Below, one piece after another: positions 17,414 to 25,744 of a stretch of DNA of 36,071 nt; positions within the stretch are counted from its first letter, which is position 1; the number at the start of each line of letters is the position of its first letter. The stretch comes from Verrucomicrobiota bacterium (lineage in GTDB: Bacteria > Verrucomicrobiota > Verrucomicrobiia > Limisphaerales > JBFMBT01). The notes beneath the pieces were generated by a model. That model was not told the origin of the DNA and ran no database searches. It saw only the letters and a program-made list of their open reading frames with translations. Made by a program: the position numbers and the translations under genes. The stretch lies in assembly GCA_040754875.1 (NCBI GenBank), contig JBFMBT010000017.1, forward strand, positions 1 to 36,071, read 5' to 3'.

Positions 17414-18750
17414 GCGCAAAGATACTGGTTGTTGATGACGAGCAAACGGTGCGGGACCTGTTGGTGACCATTCTCAACAAGTCCGGTTACCAGACCAGCG
17501 AAGCCGGCGATGGCGCCAGCTTGCGCGAGTGTTTTGCCGGAACCCAGCCGGACCTCGTGCTGATGGACCTGAAACTGCCTGACGCCGACGGCTTGGAACT
17601 GCTCCCGGCATTGAAAAAGAACTGGCCGGAAACGGAAGTCATCGTGCTGACCGGTTACGCGTCCATTGATGCGGCCGTGATGGCGACGAAACTGGGCGCC
17701 TACGATTTTCAAAAGAAACCGTTCGACACGAAAGGGCTCTTGCTTGCCGTCGAACGTGCGCTCGAACACAAACAGCTTACCGAACAGGCCAGTTCGTTGC
17801 GGCGCGCGTTGTCCACGATCAGCGGCAGCGAGTCGCCGGTGTTTCGCAGCCAGGCGATGAAGGAAATCGTGCGCCAGGTGGAGCGGGTGGCCCCCGCCGA
17901 TGTTCCCGTGTTGATCACTGGCGAGAGCGGCACGGGCAAGGAAGTCATGGCGGATCTGATTCACGCGCTGAGCACGCGCGCCAAGGGCCCGCTGGTGAAG
18001 ATCAATTGCGCCGCGTTGCCGCGTGAATTGATCGAGAGCGAATTGTTTGGCTCGGTCAAAGGCGCGTTTACGGGCGCGCATGCCGACCGGGAAGGATTGT
18101 TCCGCCAGGCCAATGGCGGGACGCTGTTCCTGGACGAGATTTCGGAAATGCCCATTGACACGCAGAGCAAGCTGCTGCGCGTGTTGCAGGAGCAGGTGGT
18201 GCGTCCGGTGGGGGGACGGGAAACTTATAAAACCAATTGCCGCATCGTGGCCGCCACGAACCGTGAGGTCGAGCACGCCATCCGCGACGGCAAATTGCGC
18301 GAGGATCTGTATTATCGCATCAACGCGTTTTCCATCGCTTTGCCGCCGCTGCGGGACCGGCGCGAGGACATCCTTCCGCTGGCGGATGCTTTTCTGAAAC
18401 GCTTTTCCGCGCAGGCCGGACGAGTCATCGCCGGGTTCACAAGCGCCGCCCAACAGCGGTTGCGCACCTTTGATTGGCCGGGAAACGTGCGGCAGTTGCA
18501 AAACGAAGTGCAGCGCGCCGTGCTGCTGTGCGAACAGCGGGAAGTGGACACGAACGACCTTTCCATCAGTTCGAAGGAGCCGGAAGTTGCTGCCGATCCC
18601 AAACTCAGCCTTATCGAGGTCATGGAGCGTAATGCCATCGTGCAAATGCTCAAGGAAACGGGCGGAAACAAGCTTGAAGCCGCCAAGCGCCTTGGCATTG
18701 GACGGCAGACGCTTTACAACAAGCTCAAGGAATACGGGATTCAGACGTAA
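17410..18750 (+). CDS. sigma-54-dependent Fis-family response regulator (NtrC-type: REC + AAA+ sigma-54 activator + HTH)
   Basis: It has a REC domain with an acceptor Asp ([10 protein letters not shown]), Walker A GESGTGKE, a GAFTGA-like activator loop ([10 protein letters not shown]) and a C-terminal Fis-type HTH. The ATGA overlap with the upstream gene suggests coupling. Confidence 0.9.
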   Translation: MSAKILVVDDEQTVRDLLVTILNKSGYQTSEAGDGASLRECFAGTQPDLVLMDLKLPDADGLELLPALKKNWPETEVIVLTGYASIDAAVMATKLGAYDFQKKPFDTKGLLLAVERALEHKQLTEQASSLRRALSTISGSESPVFRSQAMKEIVRQVERVAPADVPVLITGESGTGKEVMADLIHALSTRAKGPLVKINCAALPRELIESELFGSVKGAFTGAHADREGLFRQANGGTLFLDEISEMPIDTQSKLLRVLQEQVVRPVGGRETYKTNCRIVAATNREVEHAIRDGKLREDLYYRINAFSIALPPLRDRREDILPLADAFLKRFSAQAGRVIAGFTSAAQQRLRTFDWPGNVRQLQNEVQRAVLLCEQREVDTNDLSISSKEPEVAADPKLSLIEVMERNAIVQMLKETGGNKLEAAKRLGIGRQTLYNKLKEYGIQT

Positions 18751-18875
18751 TCGATTTGCGTTGAAGATTTCCTGTTGTCTTTGGGCGTGAAGGGGGCTTA
18801 AATTGGGCTTACAGCACACCCAACCGAACCCATCATGCAGAGGAAAGCGAATCATTCTGGTGTGACGCGGGCTGC

Positions 18876-18893
18876 CCTTGTCCCGGGACAAGG
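18876..18893. other. 18-bp perfect palindrome ccttgtccc|gggacaagg
   Basis: It lies 126 nt downstream of the ntrC-type gene stop and 58 nt upstream of the CBS gene start. It could be a terminator-like hairpin or an operator. No U-tract follows it. Confidence 0.5.
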
Positions 18894-18950
18894 CGGGAGT
18901 TCCTTTGCCGCTCAATTCCAGCGGGCGTGGGTTCAAATCCTGGAGGTCGT

Positions 18951-19397
18951 ATGCAAGTTTCGGGTCTAGTAGCCAGCATTCTCAGCCAGAAGGGCGGGTC
19001 AGTGTATTCGATTGCGCCGGACGCGATGGTGTATGACGCCATTCAAATGATGGCGGACAAGAACGTTGGCGCATTGCTCGTCATGAAAGATGAGAAATTG
19101 ATGGGTGTGATTTCCGAACGCGATTATACGCGCAAGGTCATTCTCAAGGGCAAGCTTTCCAAACAAACGCCGGTGCAAGAAATTATGACCAGCCCGGTCA
19201 TCACGGTGACGCCGAACCATTCCATTGATGAGTGCATGCGCCTTATCAGCGAGAAGCGCGTGCGGCATTTGCCGGTTGTGGACGGCGAGAAGGTTGTGGG
19301 CGTCGTATCCGTCGGCAATCTGGTGAACTGGATCATTTCGGCGCAAAACGCCACGATCAACCAGTTGCAAAACTACATTTCCGGCGGTTACGCCTGA
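18951..19397 (+). CDS. CBS domain pair protein
   Basis: It contains two CBS motifs (VGALLVMKDEKLMGVISERD, HLPVVDGEKVVGVVSVGNL). ATG at 18951 was chosen as the start. Confidence 0.8.
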   Translation: MQVSGLVASILSQKGGSVYSIAPDAMVYDAIQMMADKNVGALLVMKDEKLMGVISERDYTRKVILKGKLSKQTPVQEIMTSPVITVTPNHSIDECMRLISEKRVRHLPVVDGEKVVGVVSVGNLVNWIISAQNATINQLQNYISGGYA

Positions 19398-20293
19398 GTG
19401 ATGCGCGGCGCTTCGGCCGCTTCGCAATGGCCCGCCATCTCGAGGTAAACGGCCTTTATCTTGTCTTCAAATTCCGTTATGTGCTGGCGCAATTTGCTCC
19501 AGTCGTTTTTGAATTCCCATTTGCTCGGGTCCCACCAGCCGATTTGATTTAGATGATCGGCGGGGAAGGGGAATGGGTGCTGGTGAACGGCTTTTGCGCG
19601 GCCGTTGCTCGAAATCAATTCAGGCGTCCAGGCTTGCGAACGCGCGGACACGAGGCCGTCGCTTGCGTCTTCCTTGCTTTGGAGATACAGCCACGAGCCC
19701 TGCAGGAGCCAGAACACGGAGCCGAATTCCACGGAGCTTGACCAGGTGTGATATTGGACGGCGTTGGTTGCCTCAGTGTCTTGCGCGCGGCGGTTGAAGT
19801 CTGCGCAGGCGGCGGTCGTCAGATCACGAAAGCCTTCGAGATCCAGGTAAGGGCGAATCTTGTCGATGAGCAGTTCGCCGCCGAATTCGAGCGCGACATC
19901 CGCCCAGGTCGTGCCCAGGTGCGGCGTGCCGATGGTCGTCAGGGTGGCGATTTTTTCGCTCATGCCGGGCGCATCCACAATCATGTGGCGGGCGTCCAAC
20001 CCGCCCATGCTGTGGCCGATGATGTGAACCTTGGGTCGTTGCGTGCGCGCCAGAATGGCTTCGACCTGTTCGGTCAATTGACGGGAGCGTTCGGAGATGC
20101 CACCCGCGAAACTCACGCTCGCGTGGTGCACCTCGTAGCCGTTGGCTTCGAGGTGGCTCTTGATGTTCCGGAAGTAATGCCACGAATCGTCCAGTTGCAC
20201 GCCCGCGTTCTGAAGCTTGTCTTGAATCCGCTCGCGCAACAGGTCGAAGCGCGCGATGCCATGGGCGAGCACGATGGGAAAGGTCGTGGGCAT
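19388..20293 (-). CDS. lipase/esterase-like alpha/beta hydrolase (class-2 lipase / DUF676-like), apparently cytoplasmic
   Basis: It has a GHSMGG nucleophile-elbow motif and no signal peptide. The ATG at 20293 lies only 15 nt downstream of the giant-protein stop on the same strand. Confidence 0.8.
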   Translation of the reverse strand: MPTTFPIVLAHGIARFDLLRERIQDKLQNAGVQLDDSWHYFRNIKSHLEANGYEVHHASVSFAGGISERSRQLTEQVEAILARTQRPKVHIIGHSMGGLDARHMIVDAPGMSEKIATLTTIGTPHLGTTWADVALEFGGELLIDKIRPYLDLEGFRDLTTAACADFNRRAQDTEATNAVQYHTWSSSVEFGSVFWLLQGSWLYLQSKEDASDGLVSARSQAWTPELISSNGRAKAVHQHPFPFPADHLNQIGWWDPSKWEFKNDWSKLRQHITEFEDKIKAVYLEMAGHCEAAEAPRITQA

Positions 20294-20308
20294 GGGCGCG
20301 AACGACAG

Positions 20309-23300
20309 TCAGTAGTTTTCCGGTGGCGGGAGGTTGACGTCGCCGCCTTTGACGGCTTTCGCCTTGGCCTGCCATTCGCGCTCGGCCTGGATGATTTCCC
20401 AAATCTTCTTCAACGTGTCGCGCGAGACGGAAGTAATCTGGTAATCGGATTGCTCGCCGGAATCGAGCACGCGCAACGTCGGCTGTTCGCGCTGGAGTTT
20501 CACGTTCTCGGCCAGCGCCGCCTGAATGGAAGCCAGCGTCTGGCCGAAGTGGCCGAGTTGCGAGGCGAGCTGGCCGACCAATTCCTTGTCCAACGCGGGC
20601 GCCGGCGCGGCTTTGCGCGGCGTTTCCTGCTGTTTCACGCCTTCGGCGAGCACACCTTTGATGGATTCCAATCCTTGGGCGAACGCGGCCAACTGGCCGG
20701 TGATTTGTTCGACGGAATCGGTGGTCGGTTTGCGGACGCTGTCCCGCTGGGCCTTCACCGCATCGGTAAGCACCGAACGAATCGAATCAAGCCCTTCGGC
20801 AAACGTGGAAAGCTGCGCGACGACCTGGCCGATCGGGTCCTTTTGATTGACGCCCTGGAACAGCAGGTTGCGCTTGAACGTCTTCTTGATGTCTTCCCAG
20901 CGGGCCGCGTCGCTCTCGGTCATCCAGCCTTGTAGTTCGCGGAATTTGAGGAGGTTGGCTTCGGCGCCGGTCGTGAGCGTCTGCGATTCGTTTTTGTAGT
21001 GGTCGGCGATGACGAGCTTCACTTCCTCCTCGTTCATCACGGGCAGAATCTTTTCTGCCATGCGATTCATGTTGCGGTAGGAGCCTTGTAATTTGAACGG
21101 CGGCTCGGTGCGATATGCCTCCGCCTGCGCCGCCGAGCGGATGTATTCGAGATTCACGCGCAGGACCGTGTCGCGGATGCGGAACAGCCACTTCATCACG
21201 GCGACCATCTCGGTGGTTTCCTCGGCGGAGTAATTGCCCTCGAATTCGACGCCGTCGCGCGTGCCGGTCTCGGCAATCTTCACAATCGCGTAAACATCCT
21301 TCTGGCTGCGGCTGCTCAGGCGGTTGAGCACCGGATTGGACGTCAGCGTGTTTTCCAGATAGCTCAACTTGAACGCCTCGTCCGCTCCGCCGACGATGTC
21401 GCCGAGGTTGTAGGTGTCGGCGCGATTGGCGAGCATGTCGGGGATCTTGAATTTCTCGCCGCTCTCGGTGTACGGATTGCCGGCCATGACCACGCACACC
21501 TTCTTGCCGCGCAAATCGTAAGTCTTCGCGCGCCCCTTATAGACGCCTTCGATCTTCCGCTGCGCATCGCACAACGAGATGAACTTCTGCAAGAACTCGG
21601 GATTCAAATGCTGGATGTCGTCCAGGCAGATCATCACGTTGTCGCCCATTTCGAACGCGAGATTGAGCTTCTCGATTTCCTCGCGCGCGCTGGCGTTGGG
21701 CGCTTCGCCGGGGTCGAGCGATGTCACCTCGTGCCCGATGGCCGGGCCGTTGATCTTCATGAAGATGATGCCCAGCCGGTTGGCGATGTATTCCATCAGC
21801 GTTGTCTTGCCGTAGCCGGGTGGGGAAACGAGCAGCAGCATGCCCATGCGATCCGTGCGTGTGGCTTCGCCGGCGACGCCGAGTTGCTTGGCGAGATTGC
21901 TGCCGACCATGGGGAGGTAAACGGAGTCAATGAGCCGGTTGCGCACGAACGACGTGAGGACACGCGGACGGAACTCGTCCAACCGCATGTCCTGGCGCAT
22001 GGCTTCCACCAGCGCCGCCTTGTGCCGATGATATTTTTCGAACAGCGGCATCACGTCGCGTTCATGGCGCGTGAGCTTGTGCATGAAGGCGTTGTAGTTC
22101 AGCGAACAGGTCTGGTCCTTGAGCGCCGGATGCGAACCCATCATGCCGGCAATCTGCGTGGCGACTTCCGCGTCCACCACGGCCCGCGGATCGGGTGTGC
22201 CGCGCAACAAGACGGCCATGGCTTCGTCCAGATATTCGGCGTCCAGCGGGCTTTCGGCCGTGGGCAGAAAGGCCGACACCCAGTCGCGAATCAAATGGCA
22301 GGTCGCACGAACATTGCTTTCGAGCGCGTGCTTCGCTTCTTCGAACCGCTTGGTGACATGCTTGGTGCGCAGGAACAGCGTGAAGGCATGGCAGATGTCC
22401 GCCGCCTTGCGGCTGATGACGAGCGTCGCGTTGCTGGTAAGGTCGTGGAACAGGTATTCCGCCGCTTCGTCGGCGAGATCGACAGGGAACAGGCCGGTCT
22501 GCGCGCAGAAATCGCGGATGAGCTGCTCCAGTTCGCGGATGTGGGCGGCTTCGGCGCGGTGCGTGGGAAACAGTTCGCGCCGCACGCGCATGCCCGCGAG
22601 TTTGGCGGCCAGGATCGGGTCCTTCCTTTCGTGCTCGTGCCAGAAGGCGGCGGCACAGGCGCGCGCGTGGGTGTGGTAGCGCAACAGGCCGATGGTGGAA
22701 TGCAGCCGCAGCAACTCGCGCAGAATCTTCGCGCCGTCGAGATCGTGAATCCCCTTGATGTAGCCTTCGGAATAACGCGGCGCCATGAACTCCTGCACGA
22801 ACGCCAGCAACGCCGCGTCATCCAACGCCGTCACGTCCGCCAGGTTCCGGTCCAGTTCGCGCGCATCGAGCGCCTTCAGGATGCGATACGCCAGGTACTC
22901 GGCGCGATACACGGTGTCCGTCTCCGACACGACCTCCTGGTTCCAGGCGGGGCGGGTGGCATCCAGTTCCTGGTCGGCGATTTTCTCGAAGAAGTTCGTG
23001 CCGGTAAGATGATAATACATCTCGCCGTCGCGCAGCACCGTGGTCAGCTCCAGCGGCTGCGTGTTGACCGTGAACTTGTGCTGGCCGAGCTGGATGATGT
23101 TCTTGCCATCGACGAACAGCTCCTGGCGGTCCTTGAGCTGGCGGACCGCGTCTTCGCGAATCGTCTTGAGCCGGCTCTGGATGTCGCCGGACTTGACGGT
23201 GTCCTTCAGGTCGATCAGTTGCTGGACGACGTTCCGCACTTTTTCCACCATGAGATCGGAGGCGAAGTAGCCGTTGATCTCGTTGATGGACTGCATGCCA

Positions 23301-25663
23301 TCGATGCGGTTCTTGATGCCCTTGAGGATGCGGTCCGCCGAGGCCATCAACGCCGTGGCCTTTTTGTTGCGCGCCTCGACCAGACCCAGCTTGCGGTTCT
23401 CGAACGCGGTGTAGAGTTCTTCGCGCTTCTCGGTGAGCTGAAGGACGAATTCGTCGAAATCTGCGAACCGCGCCTCCAGTTCCTCGACGTGCACCATGAC
23501 CTTGGTCAGGTATTCGTCGCAGCGCTCCGGGCTGTCGCAAATCTCGAGGTAATTGGTGACGCTCTGGTCGAGCAGGCGCATCTGCGAACTGAACTGCGCC
23601 TCGCCTTCGCCCTTGGCCAGTTCCTGGCGGCGACGCTTGAGGGCGGCCTTGATCTGATTGAGCGGGGCGTAAATCGCCGAGATGCCATCGATGATGCGCG
23701 TGGTCTGCGTGGAATCCTCGATCTTCAGGTTGCTGACGATCTCGATCAGCATTTCGAGTTCCTTGCCCGTGTTGGCGATGGCTTCGTCCAGCGCCTTGGC
23801 CTCGGTGACCTTGGCCAGCGCGCCGACGGCGTTTTCGTGTTCCTTGACCTTCTTCTGATACGGTTCCAGCGCCTCGGGCTTAAGGAGGAATTCGACGCAC
23901 AATTTGGAAAGCTGCTCGGTGTGCTCGGCGACATTCTTTTCCAGCGCCTCGACCGCCGGCAAATCCACGTAGCGCAATTCCTTCAGCGAAATGATTTCAC
24001 CCCGCACGGCGCGCAAGCCGGCGAGTTGCGTGACGAAATGGCCGATTTCCTGCAACGCCGAGTAATCGATGCCCGTGGTGAGCCGGGTGGCCGTTTCGGT
24101 GACGCGTTTGACCTCGGCCTGGGTGTTGCGGCGGATGCGAATGACCTTTTCGAATTCATCAATTGCGCTGGAAGCCGCGGTCTTGATAGCCAGCAACGTG
24201 CTCTTGAGATCGAACGCCTCCTTGTTATCGAGCCAGAAATAGGAGTCGATGATGGTCGTCGTGACCTTGACGATATCGACGTACAGGCCGGCGAAGGTGT
24301 CCTGCTTGCCCAGCAGCGTCAGCAGGCTCTGGCACTCGGCCATGCAACCGACGATGGAGGGGTTGCCGATTTTGTAGAGGAACGAATCTTTGCGCGTGGG
24401 CAGGGAGACGTTGTGGTCGAGGAACGGCGTCTGCCAGATTTGAATCGAGTGATGTTTCTGCGGCTCATCAGTGGCTTTGAAAAACGCCATTTCGCCGTTC
24501 TCGAACAGGGAGAATCCATTGCAGACGATGGGCGATTCGACTTTTTGCGCGATGAGGTTGTAGGGCATCAGCACGTAAGTGCCCGACGGTTTGTTGTAGA
24601 AGACGTAGAGGAAATCCTCGCCGTTGGGCGAGGTGATGCGCCGCTCGTACGTCATGTTCGACAGTTCGGTGGGGAACTGTTTGAACTCGCCGAGTTGCAG
24701 GTAATAGCCGCTCGAGAAAATGATGCCCTGGTCGTCCGGCAGCAACACGCACGAGTCCGCGAGGGCGTCGATGCGCCGCACTTCCTTCAGCTTCTCGTTG
24801 AAAACGAAGTAACGGAAATTGGGTTCCTGATACGGACGGATCTTCAGCAGAATCAGGTTGCCGACGATGGCGTAAAATATTTCCGCGTCATCGAGCGTCT
24901 GGTCCTTGTGCTCGACCGGCTCGGAGTAGATGCCTTCGCCGGACTTGGTGTTGTCCTCGACCTTGATGGTCAGGTCGCCTTGGATGGTTTCGACGAAGAC
25001 GCGGTCCGCAATCGAGATGTGCGGGTGCAGGCCGTGGCGATGCAGTTCGCGGTGGGTGCGGATCCATTCGAACTCGTGCTGCGGGGGATACTTCAGTTCG
25101 TGGTCGCTGCGGTTGCCCTGGTAAAGCAACTCGCCGTCCTTCATGAGCCACTTGAACGTCTTGAAATCATCGACGCTCTGGCCTACGCGAAACTTCATGA
25201 ACAGGTGCGGGCCGATCACCATGAGTTTCGCGAAGAACGTGTTCTTGTAATATTTGTAGAGCTGACGGAAGTCGTTCAGGAAGGTCTCGTCGCTGATGAG
25301 ATCCAGCGGCAGTTGCGTGAAGGTGTGGTCCTTGTGCTCGTAAACGGCGAAGACATCGGCCAGTTGCGTCTCGGTCTTCAGGCCGATGAACACGTTGTAG
25401 CCAAACAGGAACCGGCCCTGGCCCACGGAAACCATGTCGCGCGGGACACAGTTGTTGTTCGTGGTGATGTGCTCGGTGGCAACCAGCGCGGTGGGGATGG
25501 AACCGAAGACCTCCTGGCGCGCGGCGTTGAGTTGCGCGAGGCGCGCGCGCAGTTCGGCGCCGCTGGCATCCAGGCGCTTGCGGATGACCTCGTAGGTGCC
25601 GCCCTCGAGCTGGACCTGCGGCTCCTGCGCGGGCTTCGGCGGTTCTGTGGGTTGGTCAGCCAT
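20309..25663 (-). CDS. giant (1784 aa) protein with one AAA_5/MoxR-like ATPase module, coiled-coil regions and C-terminal tandem repeats; function unknown
   Basis: Walker A is LLLVSPPGYGKTT and Walker B is VMICLDDIQ. A sensor/second region GNPYTESGEKFKIPDMLANRADTYNL near residues 1270-1450 resembles dynein-related AAA_5/MoxR modules. A long helical heptad-rich stretch spans residues about 560-900. Three roughly 35-aa C-terminal repeats are present. Confidence 0.85.
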   Translation of the reverse strand: MADQPTEPPKPAQEPQVQLEGGTYEVIRKRLDASGAELRARLAQLNAARQEVFGSIPTALVATEHITTNNNCVPRDMVSVGQGRFLFGYNVFIGLKTETQLADVFAVYEHKDHTFTQLPLDLISDETFLNDFRQLYKYYKNTFFAKLMVIGPHLFMKFRVGQSVDDFKTFKWLMKDGELLYQGNRSDHELKYPPQHEFEWIRTHRELHRHGLHPHISIADRVFVETIQGDLTIKVEDNTKSGEGIYSEPVEHKDQTLDDAEIFYAIVGNLILLKIRPYQEPNFRYFVFNEKLKEVRRIDALADSCVLLPDDQGIIFSSGYYLQLGEFKQFPTELSNMTYERRITSPNGEDFLYVFYNKPSGTYVLMPYNLIAQKVESPIVCNGFSLFENGEMAFFKATDEPQKHHSIQIWQTPFLDHNVSLPTRKDSFLYKIGNPSIVGCMAECQSLLTLLGKQDTFAGLYVDIVKVTTTIIDSYFWLDNKEAFDLKSTLLAIKTAASSAIDEFEKVIRIRRNTQAEVKRVTETATRLTTGIDYSALQEIGHFVTQLAGLRAVRGEIISLKELRYVDLPAVEALEKNVAEHTEQLSKLCVEFLLKPEALEPYQKKVKEHENAVGALAKVTEAKALDEAIANTGKELEMLIEIVSNLKIEDSTQTTRIIDGISAIYAPLNQIKAALKRRRQELAKGEGEAQFSSQMRLLDQSVTNYLEICDSPERCDEYLTKVMVHVEELEARFADFDEFVLQLTEKREELYTAFENRKLGLVEARNKKATALMASADRILKGIKNRIDGMQSINEINGYFASDLMVEKVRNVVQQLIDLKDTVKSGDIQSRLKTIREDAVRQLKDRQELFVDGKNIIQLGQHKFTVNTQPLELTTVLRDGEMYYHLTGTNFFEKIADQELDATRPAWNQEVVSETDTVYRAEYLAYRILKALDARELDRNLADVTALDDAALLAFVQEFMAPRYSEGYIKGIHDLDGAKILRELLRLHSTIGLLRYHTHARACAAAFWHEHERKDPILAAKLAGMRVRRELFPTHRAEAAHIRELEQLIRDFCAQTGLFPVDLADEAAEYLFHDLTSNATLVISRKAADICHAFTLFLRTKHVTKRFEEAKHALESNVRATCHLIRDWVSAFLPTAESPLDAEYLDEAMAVLLRGTPDPRAVVDAEVATQIAGMMGSHPALKDQTCSLNYNAFMHKLTRHERDVMPLFEKYHRHKAALVEAMRQDMRLDEFRPRVLTSFVRNRLIDSVYLPMVGSNLAKQLGVAGEATRTDRMGMLLLVSPPGYGKTTLMEYIANRLGIIFMKINGPAIGHEVTSLDPGEAPNASAREEIEKLNLAFEMGDNVMICLDDIQHLNPEFLQKFISLCDAQRKIEGVYKGRAKTYDLRGKKVCVVMAGNPYTESGEKFKIPDMLANRADTYNLGDIVGGADEAFKLSYLENTLTSNPVLNRLSSRSQKDVYAIVKIAETGTRDGVEFEGNYSAEETTEMVAVMKWLFRIRDTVLRVNLEYIRSAAQAEAYRTEPPFKLQGSYRNMNRMAEKILPVMNEEEVKLVIADHYKNESQTLTTGAEANLLKFRELQGWMTESDAARWEDIKKTFKRNLLFQGVNQKDPIGQVVAQLSTFAEGLDSIRSVLTDAVKAQRDSVRKPTTDSVEQITGQLAAFAQGLESIKGVLAEGVKQQETPRKAAPAPALDKELVGQLASQLGHFGQTLASIQAALAENVKLQREQPTLRVLDSGEQSDYQITSVSRDTLKKIWEIIQAEREWQAKAKAVKGGDVNLPPPENY

Positions 25664-25744
25664 GGAGGATTAAAGCCTCAATTCCCAACCGGCAAACTTC
25701 AAAGAAGCATCAAGCATGAAGCTCCCAAGGATAGGCGCGCCGGC

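Noticed and set aside
17188-18936. 582-aa minus-strand ORF
   Set aside because: It is antisense to the NtrC-type regulator, which has complete REC/AAA/HTH motifs.
18921-18950. tRNA-like GGGTTCAAATCC T-loop motif
   Set aside because: The flanking T-stem pairs poorly (4 bp with 2 wobbles). No acceptor-stem complement lies 65-90 nt upstream, and no anticodon or D-arm could be built. It is not called as a tRNA.
19748-20935. 395-aa plus-strand ORF
   Set aside because: It is antisense to the lipase-like gene (GHSMGG motif) and to the C-terminus of the giant protein.
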